Positions 8,976 to 18,483 of a stretch of 62,145 nt of DNA are shown one piece after another. The stretch's first letter is position 1. Each line of letters begins with the position of its first letter. The stretch is from Oscillospiraceae bacterium (GTDB lineage: Bacteria > Bacillota > Clostridia > Oscillospirales > JAAYXM01): NCBI GenBank assembly GCA_017559985.1, contig JAFYPW010000082.1, positions 1 through 62,145 on the forward strand, given 5' to 3'. A program made the translations under genes and the position numbers. Under the pieces are notes generated by a model. The model saw only the letters and a list, made by a program, of their open reading frames with translations. It had not been told where the DNA came from and made no database searches.

Positions 8976-9340
8976 AACGTATGCGTGATGAACTCAAATA
9001 TGCAGTAAGCGGACTTCTTGCAGGACTTGCAAACGGATTCTTCGGGGCGGGAGGCGGGATGTTTCTTGTGCCTCTTTTTTGCAGATGGGTAAAAATGGAC
9101 GAGAAGCGCGCATTTGCGACATCACTTGCGATAGTCCTGCCGCTCTCTGTAATTTCAGCCATAGTATACTTGAAAAACGGAGTGTTTGACATCCGGCGTG
9201 CTTTTCCATTTCTCGTGGGTGGGCTTGTCGGCGGAAGTGTCGGCGGAGCGGTGTTTAAAAAAGTCCCCGCGTCCGTTTTGAGAATTGCTCTCTCACTGTT
9301 TATAATTTATGGAGGAGTGCGCGCACTGTTTGCGATATAG
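8972..9340 (+). CDS. TauE/SafE (DUF81) family membrane protein, half-size, first of a pair
   Basis: 122 aa, about 4 TM helices, Gly-rich motif GFFGAGGGMFLVP. Confidence 0.7.
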   Translation: MKRMRDELKYAVSGLLAGLANGFFGAGGGMFLVPLFCRWVKMDEKRAFATSLAIVLPLSVISAIVYLKNGVFDIRRAFPFLVGGLVGGSVGGAVFKKVPASVLRIALSLFIIYGGVRALFAI

Positions 9341-9352
9341 GAGGTTTTAGTA

Positions 9353-9718
9353 ATGGGTTTCATAGGCGATGCTTTTGCGGGTGCGATAACAGGCGTGATA
9401 ACAGGATTCGGGATAGGCGGCGGAACGCTTCTGATTCTGTATCTTACTCTTTTCGGCGGGTTTTCTCAGACAGAAAGCCAGGGGATAAACCTTCTTTATT
9501 TCATACCGAGCGCGGGTTCGTCACTCGTTTCTCATATTAAAAACCGATGTATTGAGTGGCGTGCCGTTATATTTGCGACAGTTGCGGGGTGTGCGACAAC
9601 ACTTCTTGGAAGTATTGTCGCATCAAAGCTTGATGTGACGCTTTTGCGCAGGATTTTCGGTGCTTTTCTCTTGTGTGTGGGAATATCTGAGTTGTTTTTT
9701 AAAAAGAGAAAAAAATAG
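9353..9718 (+). CDS. TauE/SafE (DUF81) family membrane protein, half-size, second of a pair
   Basis: 121 aa, about 4 TM helices, motif GFGIGGGTLL. Confidence 0.7.
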   Translation: MGFIGDAFAGAITGVITGFGIGGGTLLILYLTLFGGFSQTESQGINLLYFIPSAGSSLVSHIKNRCIEWRAVIFATVAGCATTLLGSIVASKLDVTLLRRIFGAFLLCVGISELFFKKRKK

Positions 9719-9735
9719 AGTGCGCGGTGCGCACT

Positions 9736-10608
9736 CTAAAATTTTTGCTCTTTTGCATATTCAATGAATTTCAGAACATCGCTCGATATGTGGCGTTCCT
9801 TGTTCCATAAAAGGCAGACCTTTGATTTTATGGGCTCGCGGAGCGGTATGCTGACAATGTCGGGGATTGTTTCTGCGATATCGCGAAACATAAAGCCGCA
9901 GGCTATTCCCGATGAAATAAATTCCTTTATCATATACAGCTGAGACGAAAGGTGAACGATATTTGGTTCTATCCCTGCTGCGGCAAATGCAGAGGTTATA
10001 ACATTATACTGGATGAAGCCCTTGTCAAAAATTATGAGCGGCTCATCGCGGAGGGTGCGCAAGTCAACCGTTTCCTTTCCTGCAAGGCTGTGTTCGGGGT
10101 GGACACAGAAAACAGTTTCCACCTCACCGAGATTCAATGATGAAAACTTCTTTCTGTCGCCGATGTCTGCCGGAATTATTACCAGGTCAAGCGATTCGTC
10201 GTTTAAAGACTCAATGAGACTTGCCGCACCAAATTCATGTGTTGAGACATTTATATCGGGATATAACTTTTTAAAACCGCGGTAAAGCTTTGGCAGGTGA
10301 GAGATTCCCGTCATCGGCGGAATACCGATTCTTATGCCGCGCCGCTCGTTTTGAAGGTTTGACATAATAAGCGAAAGCCTGTCCGCTTCTTCAAGAAGCT
10401 CCTGCGCGTGGCGGAGAAGAACTTCTCCTTCGGGAGTAAGCGTAAATCCTTTTTTAAGTCTTTTGAAAAGGGTTACGCCAAACTCTGCTTCAAGCTCCTT
10501 GATTGCACTTGAAATGGAGGGTTGGGAAACGTGAAGCTCCTCGGACGCCCGCGTTATATTGTTGTATTTGCATGCTGTGCAGAAATATTGTAATTGCAGA
10601 AGTTTCAT
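9736..10608 (-). CDS. LysR-family transcriptional regulator
   Basis: N-terminal HTH MKLLQLQYF......NITRASEELHVSQPS.S..IKELE. The start at 10608 has SD agaggtg. Confidence 0.85.
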   Translation of the reverse strand: MKLLQLQYFCTACKYNNITRASEELHVSQPSISSAIKELEAEFGVTLFKRLKKGFTLTPEGEVLLRHAQELLEEADRLSLIMSNLQNERRGIRIGIPPMTGISHLPKLYRGFKKLYPDINVSTHEFGAASLIESLNDESLDLVIIPADIGDRKKFSSLNLGEVETVFCVHPEHSLAGKETVDLRTLRDEPLIIFDKGFIQYNVITSAFAAAGIEPNIVHLSSQLYMIKEFISSGIACGFMFRDIAETIPDIVSIPLREPIKSKVCLLWNKERHISSDVLKFIEYAKEQKF

Positions 10609-10628
10609 AAGAAGCACCTCTGTTTTTA
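10605..10628 (-). repeat. 24-bp perfect direct repeat, copy A (tcataagaagcacctctgttttta), supplying the SD and ATG of the LysR gene
   Basis: Identical to 11714-11737 by direct comparison. Confidence 0.9.
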
Positions 10629-11717
10629 TTTTGAAATCACGCGTTCGCAAACCTTGCCTATTGATGTCGCCATGCGAAGGAAGCCGAGGTCATTCGGGTG
10701 TGTGCCGTCGACCGTGCAGGAGAGGGGAAATTCGCCGTCGTAGAGCGATGCTCCGTCAACAAAGTAGACGTTTTCGTCGCCTGCATTAAATGCCTTTGAG
10801 TAAGTCTCGAAAACGACGGCACGGCGTTTTTTAAAGGTTATGTCGTGGTTTTCGCGCTTTGAGTAAGCATCGCCGCGTGGAGCTGAAACAAATATAATTG
10901 GGAGTGAGGGATTTTTTTCGCGCACTATCTTATATCCGCGCTCGTGGGTTTCGACGAGGTGTTCGAGTGTCGGAGCGTTGTGGTCATAGTCATATACAAA
11001 AACGCTCATCGGAAGAGAGGCGATGTAGTTCATAATAGTCTCTTCCGCTCTTGCAACACCGGAAAAACCAAGGTTTATAAAGTCACAGTCAAGCTTCTGT
11101 GAAATGAAAGCCGGATAAGCGTTTCCCGGACGCGAAGCGCAACCGCCCTGCGTGATAGAAGAGCCGTAGAAAACAATCGGCTTTTCAAATGTGTAGGGTG
11201 AGTGCTTTGTAACTTTTGCATCCTCAGACACTCCGACGGAGAGCTTATCCACAACGTTATAAAGCGGGAAGTTGATGGTGATTTCGCGCATCTCGCGATG
11301 TCCGAAATGGAAGATTGAAGTGTAGCCCTTGGTCATTGTTGCAGGAGGCGGGAATGTTCCTGCATAGACGTCGTGACCGTTTTTTGAGACATATAAATCA
11401 AATCCGGAACTTCCTGTCATCGGCATATGCGGGAAATGTGACGCGCTTGACATAGCGGCATTTATCGCGATATATTCCGAGTCGGTAGAAAAGCGCACTC
11501 TTCCGCCCGAGGTGTCAAATGCAAGTCTCTGCACGCCTTTGCTTGTACCCTCGGCAATATCGTCCGGCAGGCGCTTGAAAACAGGCTCGGTTGTCGGATT
11601 GTAAAGACCGAAAATTTCAAACGGGGCTTGTCTTACATCGTAAAAGACGCAATCGTCGGCGTCGATAACCTCGGGGACAAGCAGGTTTTTGTCAATTTTT
11701 CCAATGTCGTTACTCAT
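10626..11717 (-). CDS. SGNH/GDSL-family hydrolase (esterase) with an N-terminal beta domain
   Basis: GSSITQGG block I motif and a DGTHPND block V-like motif. The start at 11717 (MSNDIG) has SD agaggtg. Confidence 0.8.
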   Translation of the reverse strand: MSNDIGKIDKNLLVPEVIDADDCVFYDVRQAPFEIFGLYNPTTEPVFKRLPDDIAEGTSKGVQRLAFDTSGGRVRFSTDSEYIAINAAMSSASHFPHMPMTGSSGFDLYVSKNGHDVYAGTFPPPATMTKGYTSIFHFGHREMREITINFPLYNVVDKLSVGVSEDAKVTKHSPYTFEKPIVFYGSSITQGGCASRPGNAYPAFISQKLDCDFINLGFSGVARAEETIMNYIASLPMSVFVYDYDHNAPTLEHLVETHERGYKIVREKNPSLPIIFVSAPRGDAYSKRENHDITFKKRRAVVFETYSKAFNAGDENVYFVDGASLYDGEFPLSCTVDGTHPNDLGFLRMATSIGKVCERVISK

Positions 11718-11737
11718 AAGAAGCACCTCTGTTTTTA
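11714..11737 (-). repeat. 24-bp perfect direct repeat, copy B, supplying the SD and ATG of the SGNH hydrolase gene
   Basis: Identical to 10605-10628. Confidence 0.9.
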
Positions 11738-11740
11738 ATA

Positions 11741-13105
11741 TTATATATTATCATTGGCATTGCCAAGATATTTCTTTCTCAGTATGTAATACGGAATCAT
11801 AACAGTAACGAGAGCACCCAGCCACGCGGCAGGTTCTATGTAATAAAGCGTGTTTACTCCGAGTATGAGAAAAAGAAATTTTCCCATAGAAACGCGGATG
11901 ATAAATTCTGCAAAACCTGAAAGCATCGACCAGAGCGAGTTACCGACCGCCTGAAGAATGTGCCTGTAAACATAGATGAGATACAGAACGGGCATATTAA
12001 TACACATAAGTACGAGATAATTCTTTCCGGTCTGCATAGCTTCAAACCCGCCCTCCATCGAGGGATCGAGGAAGAACTGTAAAAGATTTTTCTCGAAAAT
12101 CATTGTGAGTAATGCGACAACCGCCGCCGCTATTACAGAGAGCAGGAAAGACGCGCGCACACCGGAGAGAACCCTGTCGTTTCTGCCGGCACCGAAGTTT
12201 TGCGCAAAGTAGGTTGAAAACGCCGAGCCAAGGGAGATCGCAGAGCATTCCAGAAGCCCGTAAAGCTTGTTTACCGCGGTGTATCCTGCAACGAAAAAGC
12301 TGCCCTGTAAATTGATTGTCGACTGCAATATCACACCGCCGAGAGAGATGACGATATATTGCAGGGCGAGAGGAAAACCAAAGAAGAAAAGCTCTTTTAT
12401 CCGGGTAAAATCAAGCTGCCACATCTCGCGGGGAAGGAAAATGCAGCTAATGTTTTTAATCTGAACAAGGCAGTAAAAAAACGAGAAGAGCTGTGATATG
12501 ACAGAGGCTATTGCCGCGCCGAAAACACCAAGTTTCAAGACAACAACAAAAAGAAGGTCAAGCCCTATATTCAGCACTGCTGCAATAATCATTGCAACAA
12601 GGGGAGTTTTGCTGTCACCGAGAGCGCGGAGTATGGCGGCGGCAAGATTATATAGCGTAACGACAACCGTTCCGGCAATCATTGTTATGAGATAGATTGC
12701 CGCGCTGTCGATAATGTCCTGCGGTGTATCGAGGAGAAGGAGAAGAGGTTTTGCCGTAAAAACACCGGCAAGAGTCAGAACAAGGGCAAAGGCGACGGAA
12801 AGAACAGTTGACATTGCAATTGTGCGGTTGAGCTCCGTGAAGTTCTTTTCGCCGAAATACCTTGAAACAAAGGTGGCAAAACCCTGCGTCAAAACGCATA
12901 CGGTCCAGAGGAAAAGCCAGATTATCCAGTCGGCAGAGCCTACTGCGGCAAGGGCCTTGACTCCCACACCGCGGCCGACAATCGCCGCGTCAACAATCAT
13001 ATAAAGCTGTTGGCCGAGGTTTGTGATAATGAGAGGGAGGGCAAATTGCAGAATCAGTTTTATCGGTTTACCAACCGTCATATCTGTTGTTTTTATCATC
13101 ATCAC
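11741..13105 (-). CDS. MATE-family efflux transporter
   Basis: 454 aa, about 12 TM helices, N-terminal GKPIKLIL.FALPL..TNL.QQLY. Confidence 0.9.
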   Translation of the reverse strand: MMMIKTTDMTVGKPIKLILQFALPLIITNLGQQLYMIVDAAIVGRGVGVKALAAVGSADWIIWLFLWTVCVLTQGFATFVSRYFGEKNFTELNRTIAMSTVLSVAFALVLTLAGVFTAKPLLLLLDTPQDIIDSAAIYLITMIAGTVVVTLYNLAAAILRALGDSKTPLVAMIIAAVLNIGLDLLFVVVLKLGVFGAAIASVISQLFSFFYCLVQIKNISCIFLPREMWQLDFTRIKELFFFGFPLALQYIVISLGGVILQSTINLQGSFFVAGYTAVNKLYGLLECSAISLGSAFSTYFAQNFGAGRNDRVLSGVRASFLLSVIAAAVVALLTMIFEKNLLQFFLDPSMEGGFEAMQTGKNYLVLMCINMPVLYLIYVYRHILQAVGNSLWSMLSGFAEFIIRVSMGKFLFLILGVNTLYYIEPAAWLGALVTVMIPYYILRKKYLGNANDNI

Positions 13106-13632
13106 TCACTTTTTACATATTCGACAAGTTCGTCGATCGCATTTTTATCAGTGTAGTCTGCGTCTGCATCACAAAGCGTGATGAGAAGCTTTTCCATCTC
13201 CGTGGGGTTTTCCTTGTCCGACATTATCTTTTTGAGCGTTTTCAGTGCTGTTTTATGTACGAGAGAAAGCTCTGACAAAAGCATTTTTCCGAGAAAGTTA
13301 AATACTTTGATTTTTGAAATGCTGTCGCCCTTGAAGTTTTTTTGCAGGACAAGCTTATCGTAATATTCGCGGCAGTCAAGCGGGGTTATTCCCGTTGTGT
13401 AAACAACTATCTTCTTGCCGTCGAGTTTTTCAAGATTTTTTGTGATAAGGGTAACGCCTGCAATTGTTTCGGCATAAAGCCCTCCACCGTAAACAATGGT
13501 GTCGTAAGGCATAAGATCGTCGATTTTTATGTCCTTTGCATCATAGGCGCGGCAGGAAAGTTCTTTTGCAATCCACTCTGCATAGGTCTTTGTCGAGCCG
13601 TATTTTGATTTATAAATCACTATTGCATTCAT
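13102..13632 (-). CDS. Flavodoxin-domain protein
   Basis: MNAIVIYKSKYGSTK.YAEWIA motif. I prefer the internal start at 13632. The stop overlaps the MATE start. Confidence 0.7.
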   Translation of the reverse strand: MNAIVIYKSKYGSTKTYAEWIAKELSCRAYDAKDIKIDDLMPYDTIVYGGGLYAETIAGVTLITKNLEKLDGKKIVVYTTGITPLDCREYYDKLVLQKNFKGDSISKIKVFNFLGKMLLSELSLVHKTALKTLKKIMSDKENPTEMEKLLITLCDADADYTDKNAIDELVEYVKSE

Positions 13633-13725
13633 TATGAAAAAAGCACTCTCCCGAATAAGATATATATTTTGATTATAACATAAAATGCGCCGCTTCACAA
13701 TGCTTTGTACGTAAAAAAGGACAAG

Positions 13726-13755
13726 AAAAACCGACGGGTGTTTCCCGTCGGTTTT
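13726..13755 (-). terminator. Bidirectional hairpin terminator
   Basis: aaaaaccgacggg tgtt tcccgtcggttttt. Confidence 0.8.
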
Positions 13756-13757
13756 TA

Positions 13758-15275
13758 TCAGGATATCAGAGAAACTACAAAGAAGTAGTTGCCACCGTCT
13801 TTTATGGTGAAAATTTCAGAAAGCTCTATCGCGTCATTTCCCGTCGGCATTTTTTGGTCAGGACGGTTCATCCCTTCGCGTGGAGGCATTCCTTCCGGAG
13901 GATTCATACCTTCGGGAATTTCCGGAGGTTTCTTTCTGTCGGGACGCTCTTTGCCCTTTTCATGCATTCCTTCGGGCGGGGTCATTCCTTCGGGCGGCGC
14001 GCCGTGAAAACCTCTTCCGGAGGAACCTTCGGAAACCGCGCCCTCAAACTGTTTGCCGTCTTTCCACAGAGTGTAATCACCTTCTGTAATGCTTTCATCG
14101 GAGATGATGAGCGAGGAAAAAGCATTTGTTATTTTTGTTTCGGCAACAGTTGCGCCCGTAGAGTTCTTTAATGTATATGTGCCGCCATTCTGGGAAGAAG
14201 TAAAGGTGAACACAGCGAAATTCTGCTTACTTTCCGAGATGCGGTCGAGCATATTTCCTGTTGCAACAACGCTTCCGCCGTTTATGGAAATTCCGCGGTC
14301 GGAGTCAATTCCCGAGTCCATACTTGTTCCGCAGCCCTGGGCAACAACACTTCCGCCGTTGATTACAAGCCAGCCGTTTGAGTCGATGCCGTCGCCTTCT
14401 CCGGTTTTTCCGTCAACAAAAATATTGACGTTTCCGCCGTTTATCGTGGTGACGGAGACATTGTCTTCGTTCGTGTTTATACCGTCGTTGCCGGAGACGA
14501 TATTGATGTTTCCGCCGTTTATCGTGAGGTGAAGCTCTGAATCAAGGCCTTCGTTTTCTGCGTTTATATTCAGGACGCCGTCGTTGCCGTCAATGTTCAT
14601 AGACATTCTTGAATAGAACGCACCGTCGTATTTGTGAAGCTTTTCAGCATCCTCCACTTTCTTTCCGTCGTCGTCAAGCTCAACGGTGCCGGGTTTATAA
14701 ATACGTGCAACATATGAGGCGTTGATTGTGTTGATGCTTCCGTCTGCAATTATGACGTTGGCACCTGCCGCTGATGTGCCGACGGTTTCTTTTGCATTTT
14801 CCTCATCGTCATCTCCGCACTCATAGACGTTGTAGAATATAACAGCGGGTGCGACGGTTGAGGTGATGTCTGCATTGTTTAAGATGAGAGTGACAACCGA
14901 GGACGGGTCGTCCTCCGCTTCCTCGCCGAGGTCAACCGCAATCTGTCCTTTTGAGAGTGTGCCTGAGAGAGTGTATTTTCCCGGCTTTGTAATGTGAACT
15001 ACCGTATGGCCATCCGCTTCTTCTTTTGTGTGAGCATCTTTTTCGCTGCCCTCACCGTAAGTAAAGTCGTGGCCTGCTTCGTAATATACAATATCGTTTG
15101 CAACGTAAACCGCTTGTGTCGGGTCGCCTGTTGCGGAAACTCCGTCAACCGTTATTCCGTTATCGGAAAGTGAGATTTCCGTCTCCGTGAGGTTTTTTGT
15201 TGCAGGTATGGCACATCCTGCAAAGAGAGCCGTAAGAAGAACTGTTACAAGAAGAAGTGATAAAGTATTTTTCAT
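13758..15275 (-). CDS. Lipoprotein of the Cthe_2159-like carbohydrate-binding beta-helix family, with a C-terminal P-E-G-M repeat tail
   Basis: Lipobox LFAGC after the start at 15275 (SD aaagga). Repeated INGG/GNDGI/GDGIDSNG turns. The tail carries five PEGM-like units. Confidence 0.65.
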   Translation of the reverse strand: MKNTLSLLLVTVLLTALFAGCAIPATKNLTETEISLSDNGITVDGVSATGDPTQAVYVANDIVYYEAGHDFTYGEGSEKDAHTKEEADGHTVVHITKPGKYTLSGTLSKGQIAVDLGEEAEDDPSSVVTLILNNADITSTVAPAVIFYNVYECGDDDEENAKETVGTSAAGANVIIADGSINTINASYVARIYKPGTVELDDDGKKVEDAEKLHKYDGAFYSRMSMNIDGNDGVLNINAENEGLDSELHLTINGGNINIVSGNDGINTNEDNVSVTTINGGNVNIFVDGKTGEGDGIDSNGWLVINGGSVVAQGCGTSMDSGIDSDRGISINGGSVVATGNMLDRISESKQNFAVFTFTSSQNGGTYTLKNSTGATVAETKITNAFSSLIISDESITEGDYTLWKDGKQFEGAVSEGSSGRGFHGAPPEGMTPPEGMHEKGKERPDRKKPPEIPEGMNPPEGMPPREGMNRPDQKMPTGNDAIELSEIFTIKDGGNYFFVVSLIS

Positions 15276-15370
15276 AAACAATGTCCTTTCTGTTGAAAAG
15301 TCTTTATTTATAATATACCCTTGTTTTATGTGCATTTTGTAAACACAATATAAATTTTTTAAAAATAAAT

Positions 15371-15389
15371 CGCCTGCTTAATGCAGGCG
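15371..15389 (-). terminator. Hairpin terminator after tRNA-Gly
   Basis: cgcctgc ttaat gcaggcg, followed by a T-run on the minus strand. Confidence 0.7.
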
Positions 15390-15391
15390 AT

Positions 15392-15465
15392 TGGAGCGGG
15401 TAAAGGGAATCGAACCCTCCTCTCAAGCTTGGGAAGCTTGCATTCTACCGATGAACTATACCCGC
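15392..15465 (-). tRNA. tRNA-Gly (anticodon CCC), CCA encoded
   Basis: Hand-folded cloverleaf: acceptor GCGGGTA/TACCCGC, anticodon stem CAAGC/GCTTG with loop TTCCCAA, T-loop TTCGATT, discriminator U. Confidence 0.9.
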
Positions 15466-15549
15466 AAAAACGAAGCTGAAATATTGTGGAGATGTTTTGT
15501 GATATATAATATACCACAAAACAGAGGAAAAGTCCACAAATATTTCAGC
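15466..15549 (-). terminator. Nested long palindrome serving as the terminator of the uxu operon
   Basis: Outer arms 15475-15490/15533-15549 and inner arms 15494-15501/15515-15522. Followed on the minus strand by ttcgttttt. Confidence 0.55.
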
Positions 15550-15580
15550 CCGGATTTTTATAAAAAAACAAAAGAACTTT

Positions 15581-16432
15581 TTATACTCCGCTATAAGCCG
15601 AGAAACCGCCATCGACGGGAATTACAACGCCGTTTACAAAGCTTGAAGCCTCGTGTGAGAGCAAATAGAGCAGTGTTCCCACGAGTTCTTCCTGCGCACC
15701 GAATCTGTCCATTGGTGTCTGTGAAAGAATTTTCTTTGAACGCTCCGTGTATTCGCCGTTTTCATCAATGAGAAGTGCACGGTTCTGGTTTGTTAAAAAG
15801 AAGCCGGGTGCGATTGCATTGACGCGGATACCAACCTTTGAAAAGTGAACGGCAAGCCACTGTGTGAAGTTGGAAATTGCAGCCTTTGCACCTGAGTATG
15901 CAGGGATTCTCGTAAGAGGAGTAAAGGCGTTCATTGACGAAATGTTGATTATAACAGCGTCCTTTTTGCCTATCAGGTCGTGTGCAAAAACCTGTGTCGG
16001 TAAGAGTGTGCCGAGGAAGTTTAAATTGAAGACAAACTCAACGCCCTTCGGGTCGAGGTCAAAGAATGTTTTGACCCCGTCAATTTCTTCGTCGCCGATG
16101 TTGTAATAATCCTTTGTGGTTGTACCTTTCGGGTTGTTTCCGCCTGCGCCGTTTAAAAGAATATCCACCGTGCCGAGCTGCGCATTGATAATGGCTTTGG
16201 CGTTTTCAAGGCTCTCTTTTTCGAGAACGTTTGTTGAAATGCCTATGGCAACGCCGCCGTCTGCAACGATTTCATCTGCAACCTTGTTTGCAGCCTCGCC
16301 GTTAAGGTCAAGAACGGCAACCTTTGCACCGCATTTTGCAATCACTTTTGCAAACGTGCTGCAAAGAATTCCGCCGCCGCCCGTGACAACGGCAACTTTG
16401 TTCTTCAAGTCTATTTCAAAGGGTAATTTCAT
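15581..16432 (-). CDS. uxuB: SDR-family oxidoreductase, short-chain D-mannonate/fructuronate oxidoreductase type (YjmF-like)
   Basis: 283 aa with the TGGGGILC cofactor motif. It is directly coupled to uxuA; the stop and start share base 16432. Confidence 0.7.
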   Translation of the reverse strand: MKLPFEIDLKNKVAVVTGGGGILCSTFAKVIAKCGAKVAVLDLNGEAANKVADEIVADGGVAIGISTNVLEKESLENAKAIINAQLGTVDILLNGAGGNNPKGTTTKDYYNIGDEEIDGVKTFFDLDPKGVEFVFNLNFLGTLLPTQVFAHDLIGKKDAVIINISSMNAFTPLTRIPAYSGAKAAISNFTQWLAVHFSKVGIRVNAIAPGFFLTNQNRALLIDENGEYTERSKKILSQTPMDRFGAQEELVGTLLYLLSHEASSFVNGVVIPVDGGFSAYSGV

Positions 16433-17472
16433 TATTTTGCACTCCTGTCTATTGCTTCCCAGAGACCGTTTAAGTATACGGCACCGAGAGCTCTGTCAAA
16501 AAGACCGTAGCCGGGTTTTCCCGTTTCGCCCCATATCATTCTGCCGTGGTCAGGTCTTATGTATCCGTCAAAACCGTTATCGTAGTATGCTTTCACGATT
16601 CCGTAAATGTCAAGAGAGCCGTATTCTGTCTTGTGAGCAGACTCTTCAAAGCATCTCTCGCCCGTTATTTTGATGTTTCTGATATGAGCAAAGTGTATTC
16701 TGTCGCAGAAAGCATTCACGAGCTCGACGATGTCGTTGTCCGGCGAAACGCCGAGAGAGCCACTGCATAATGTGAGGCCGTTATACGGACTGTCGTAAAG
16801 CTTTAAAAATCTTTCAATGTTCTTTTTGTTTGTTATAATTCTCGGCAGACCGAAGATGCCCCATGGCGGATCGTCGGGGTGTATCGCCATTTTGACTTTA
16901 ACCTCTTCTGCAACCTTTATAACTCTGTCAAGAAAATATTTAAGGTTGTTCCAGAGGTCCTCTTCGGAAATGTTCTTATACTTGTCGAGAAGGGCTTTCA
17001 TATCATCTTTTGTATAGCTTGCATCCCAACCGGGAAGAGAAAGCTCGCCCTTTACGGGGTCCATTTTAAGAACTGTTTCGTTGTCGTAAATGAGGGCGTT
17101 GGAGCCGTCGGAAAGCTCATATGCAAGGTTTGAGCGCGTCCAGTCAAAAACAGGCATAAAGTTATAGCAGACACAGTCAACTCCTGCTTTTGCAAGGTTG
17201 CGAAGCGTTTCGCAATAATTATTTATGTACCTGTCGCGGTCACCGTCGCCGGTCTTTATGTCTTCATGTACGGGAACGCTTTCGATGACGGAAAGTTCAA
17301 GACCTGCCGCCTCAACTGTCTCTTTGAGTCTGAGTATTCTTTCGTAGGGCCATACCTCACCGACAGGAATGTCGTATATGGCGGAAACAATTCCGGAAAC
17401 AGCCGGGATCTGCTTTATTTTTTCCAGGGTAACGGGATCGTCCTCACCGTACCATCTGAAAGTCATTTTCAT
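16432..17472 (-). CDS. uxuA: Mannonate dehydratase
   Basis: 346 aa. N-terminal [17 protein letters not shown] is typical of UxuA. Confidence 0.88.
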   Translation of the reverse strand: MKMTFRWYGEDDPVTLEKIKQIPAVSGIVSAIYDIPVGEVWPYERILRLKETVEAAGLELSVIESVPVHEDIKTGDGDRDRYINNYCETLRNLAKAGVDCVCYNFMPVFDWTRSNLAYELSDGSNALIYDNETVLKMDPVKGELSLPGWDASYTKDDMKALLDKYKNISEEDLWNNLKYFLDRVIKVAEEVKVKMAIHPDDPPWGIFGLPRIITNKKNIERFLKLYDSPYNGLTLCSGSLGVSPDNDIVELVNAFCDRIHFAHIRNIKITGERCFEESAHKTEYGSLDIYGIVKAYYDNGFDGYIRPDHGRMIWGETGKPGYGLFDRALGAVYLNGLWEAIDRSAK

Positions 17473-17495
17473 AGTGTAGCCTCCGTTCTTATGAA

Positions 17496-18425
17496 TTATT
17501 TTATATTTTTTCTGTAATTTCGCGGGGTGTAACCCGTTAAATGTTTAAAAGTTTTGTTGAAGTTTGATATTGTGTTAAATCCAACTTCATACGAAATATC
17601 GGTAATGCTCTTGTCGGAGTTGTTCAGAAGGTCTATCGCTCTGTCTATGCGGACACTGTTCAAATACTCGACAAAGGTTTGTCCTGCAACGGACTTGAAG
17701 AGATAACTGAACCGCGAGCGAGAATAGTTCACCTCATCGGAAAGCTCTTTGAGCGAGATGTTCTTGTTGTAGTTAAGCTGGATATACTCCATTGCGGCAG
17801 AAACTATCTTTTTGTACTTGTTAAGTATTTTTTCAAACTCGGTACCGCGTATTTCGGAGGAGAACTCCCTTCCTGTTATAACAAGAAGCTTTAAGAGCAA
17901 AGCTTTCACTACAAGAAGATATCCCGGAGATCTTTCCTCAAACTCTCTGAGAGCTTCGTTTAAGATTGATTCAATTTTAATCTGGGCTTTTTCGTTGAGA
18001 GTGAAGCTTGGTTTGACCTGCTCTTCCATAACGATAAACGGTTCAAGGTATGCAAAGTCAAGATAACTTGCAGCATCCTCTATGTTTTCGTGGGCGGGAA
18101 GAACGAAGTCTACTGAAAATTCAAACTCGAATATCTCAAGGTTGTCATTATCGCCGGGGAAGATTACGTGGGGAACGTAGGGCGGGATAATGAAGACGTC
18201 ACCTTTTGCTATGTCGATGCGCTTGTTGTTAATTATATGTACGCCTTTTCCGCGGTTCACGTAGTTGATTTGTATATATGTATGCCTGTGCAAATCCTTG
18301 TCTGTTGGATATTTGCTGTATTTTCTTATGAAAACGCGTGGAGCGTCGGGAGAGTCACACATAGCGCTTTCATCAAGCAGGGGGATGTTTTTGTATTCCT
18401 TTTTGTCTAAAAAAGAAAAATCCAT
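17496..18425 (-). CDS. AraC-family transcriptional regulator (cupin sensor plus C-terminal HTH)
   Basis: C-terminal HTH_18-like region (...[19 protein letters not shown]). I prefer the start at 18425. Confidence 0.8.
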   Translation of the reverse strand: MDFSFLDKKEYKNIPLLDESAMCDSPDAPRVFIRKYSKYPTDKDLHRHTYIQINYVNRGKGVHIINNKRIDIAKGDVFIIPPYVPHVIFPGDNDNLEIFEFEFSVDFVLPAHENIEDAASYLDFAYLEPFIVMEEQVKPSFTLNEKAQIKIESILNEALREFEERSPGYLLVVKALLLKLLVITGREFSSEIRGTEFEKILNKYKKIVSAAMEYIQLNYNKNISLKELSDEVNYSRSRFSYLFKSVAGQTFVEYLNSVRIDRAIDLLNNSDKSITDISYEVGFNTISNFNKTFKHLTGYTPRNYRKNIK

Positions 18426-18483
18426 ATTCTTCTCACCATTGATTATTCTAATACTTTGGGAATATTTAGTCAAGGAATTTAAT

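Noticed and set aside
13789-14532. A stack of plus-strand ORFs (72-147 aa) opposite the lipoprotein gene
   Set aside because: They are generated by the repetitive PEGM and beta-helix coding repeats of the minus-strand gene. There are no SDs and the proteins would be low-complexity Pro/Ser/Phe sequences.
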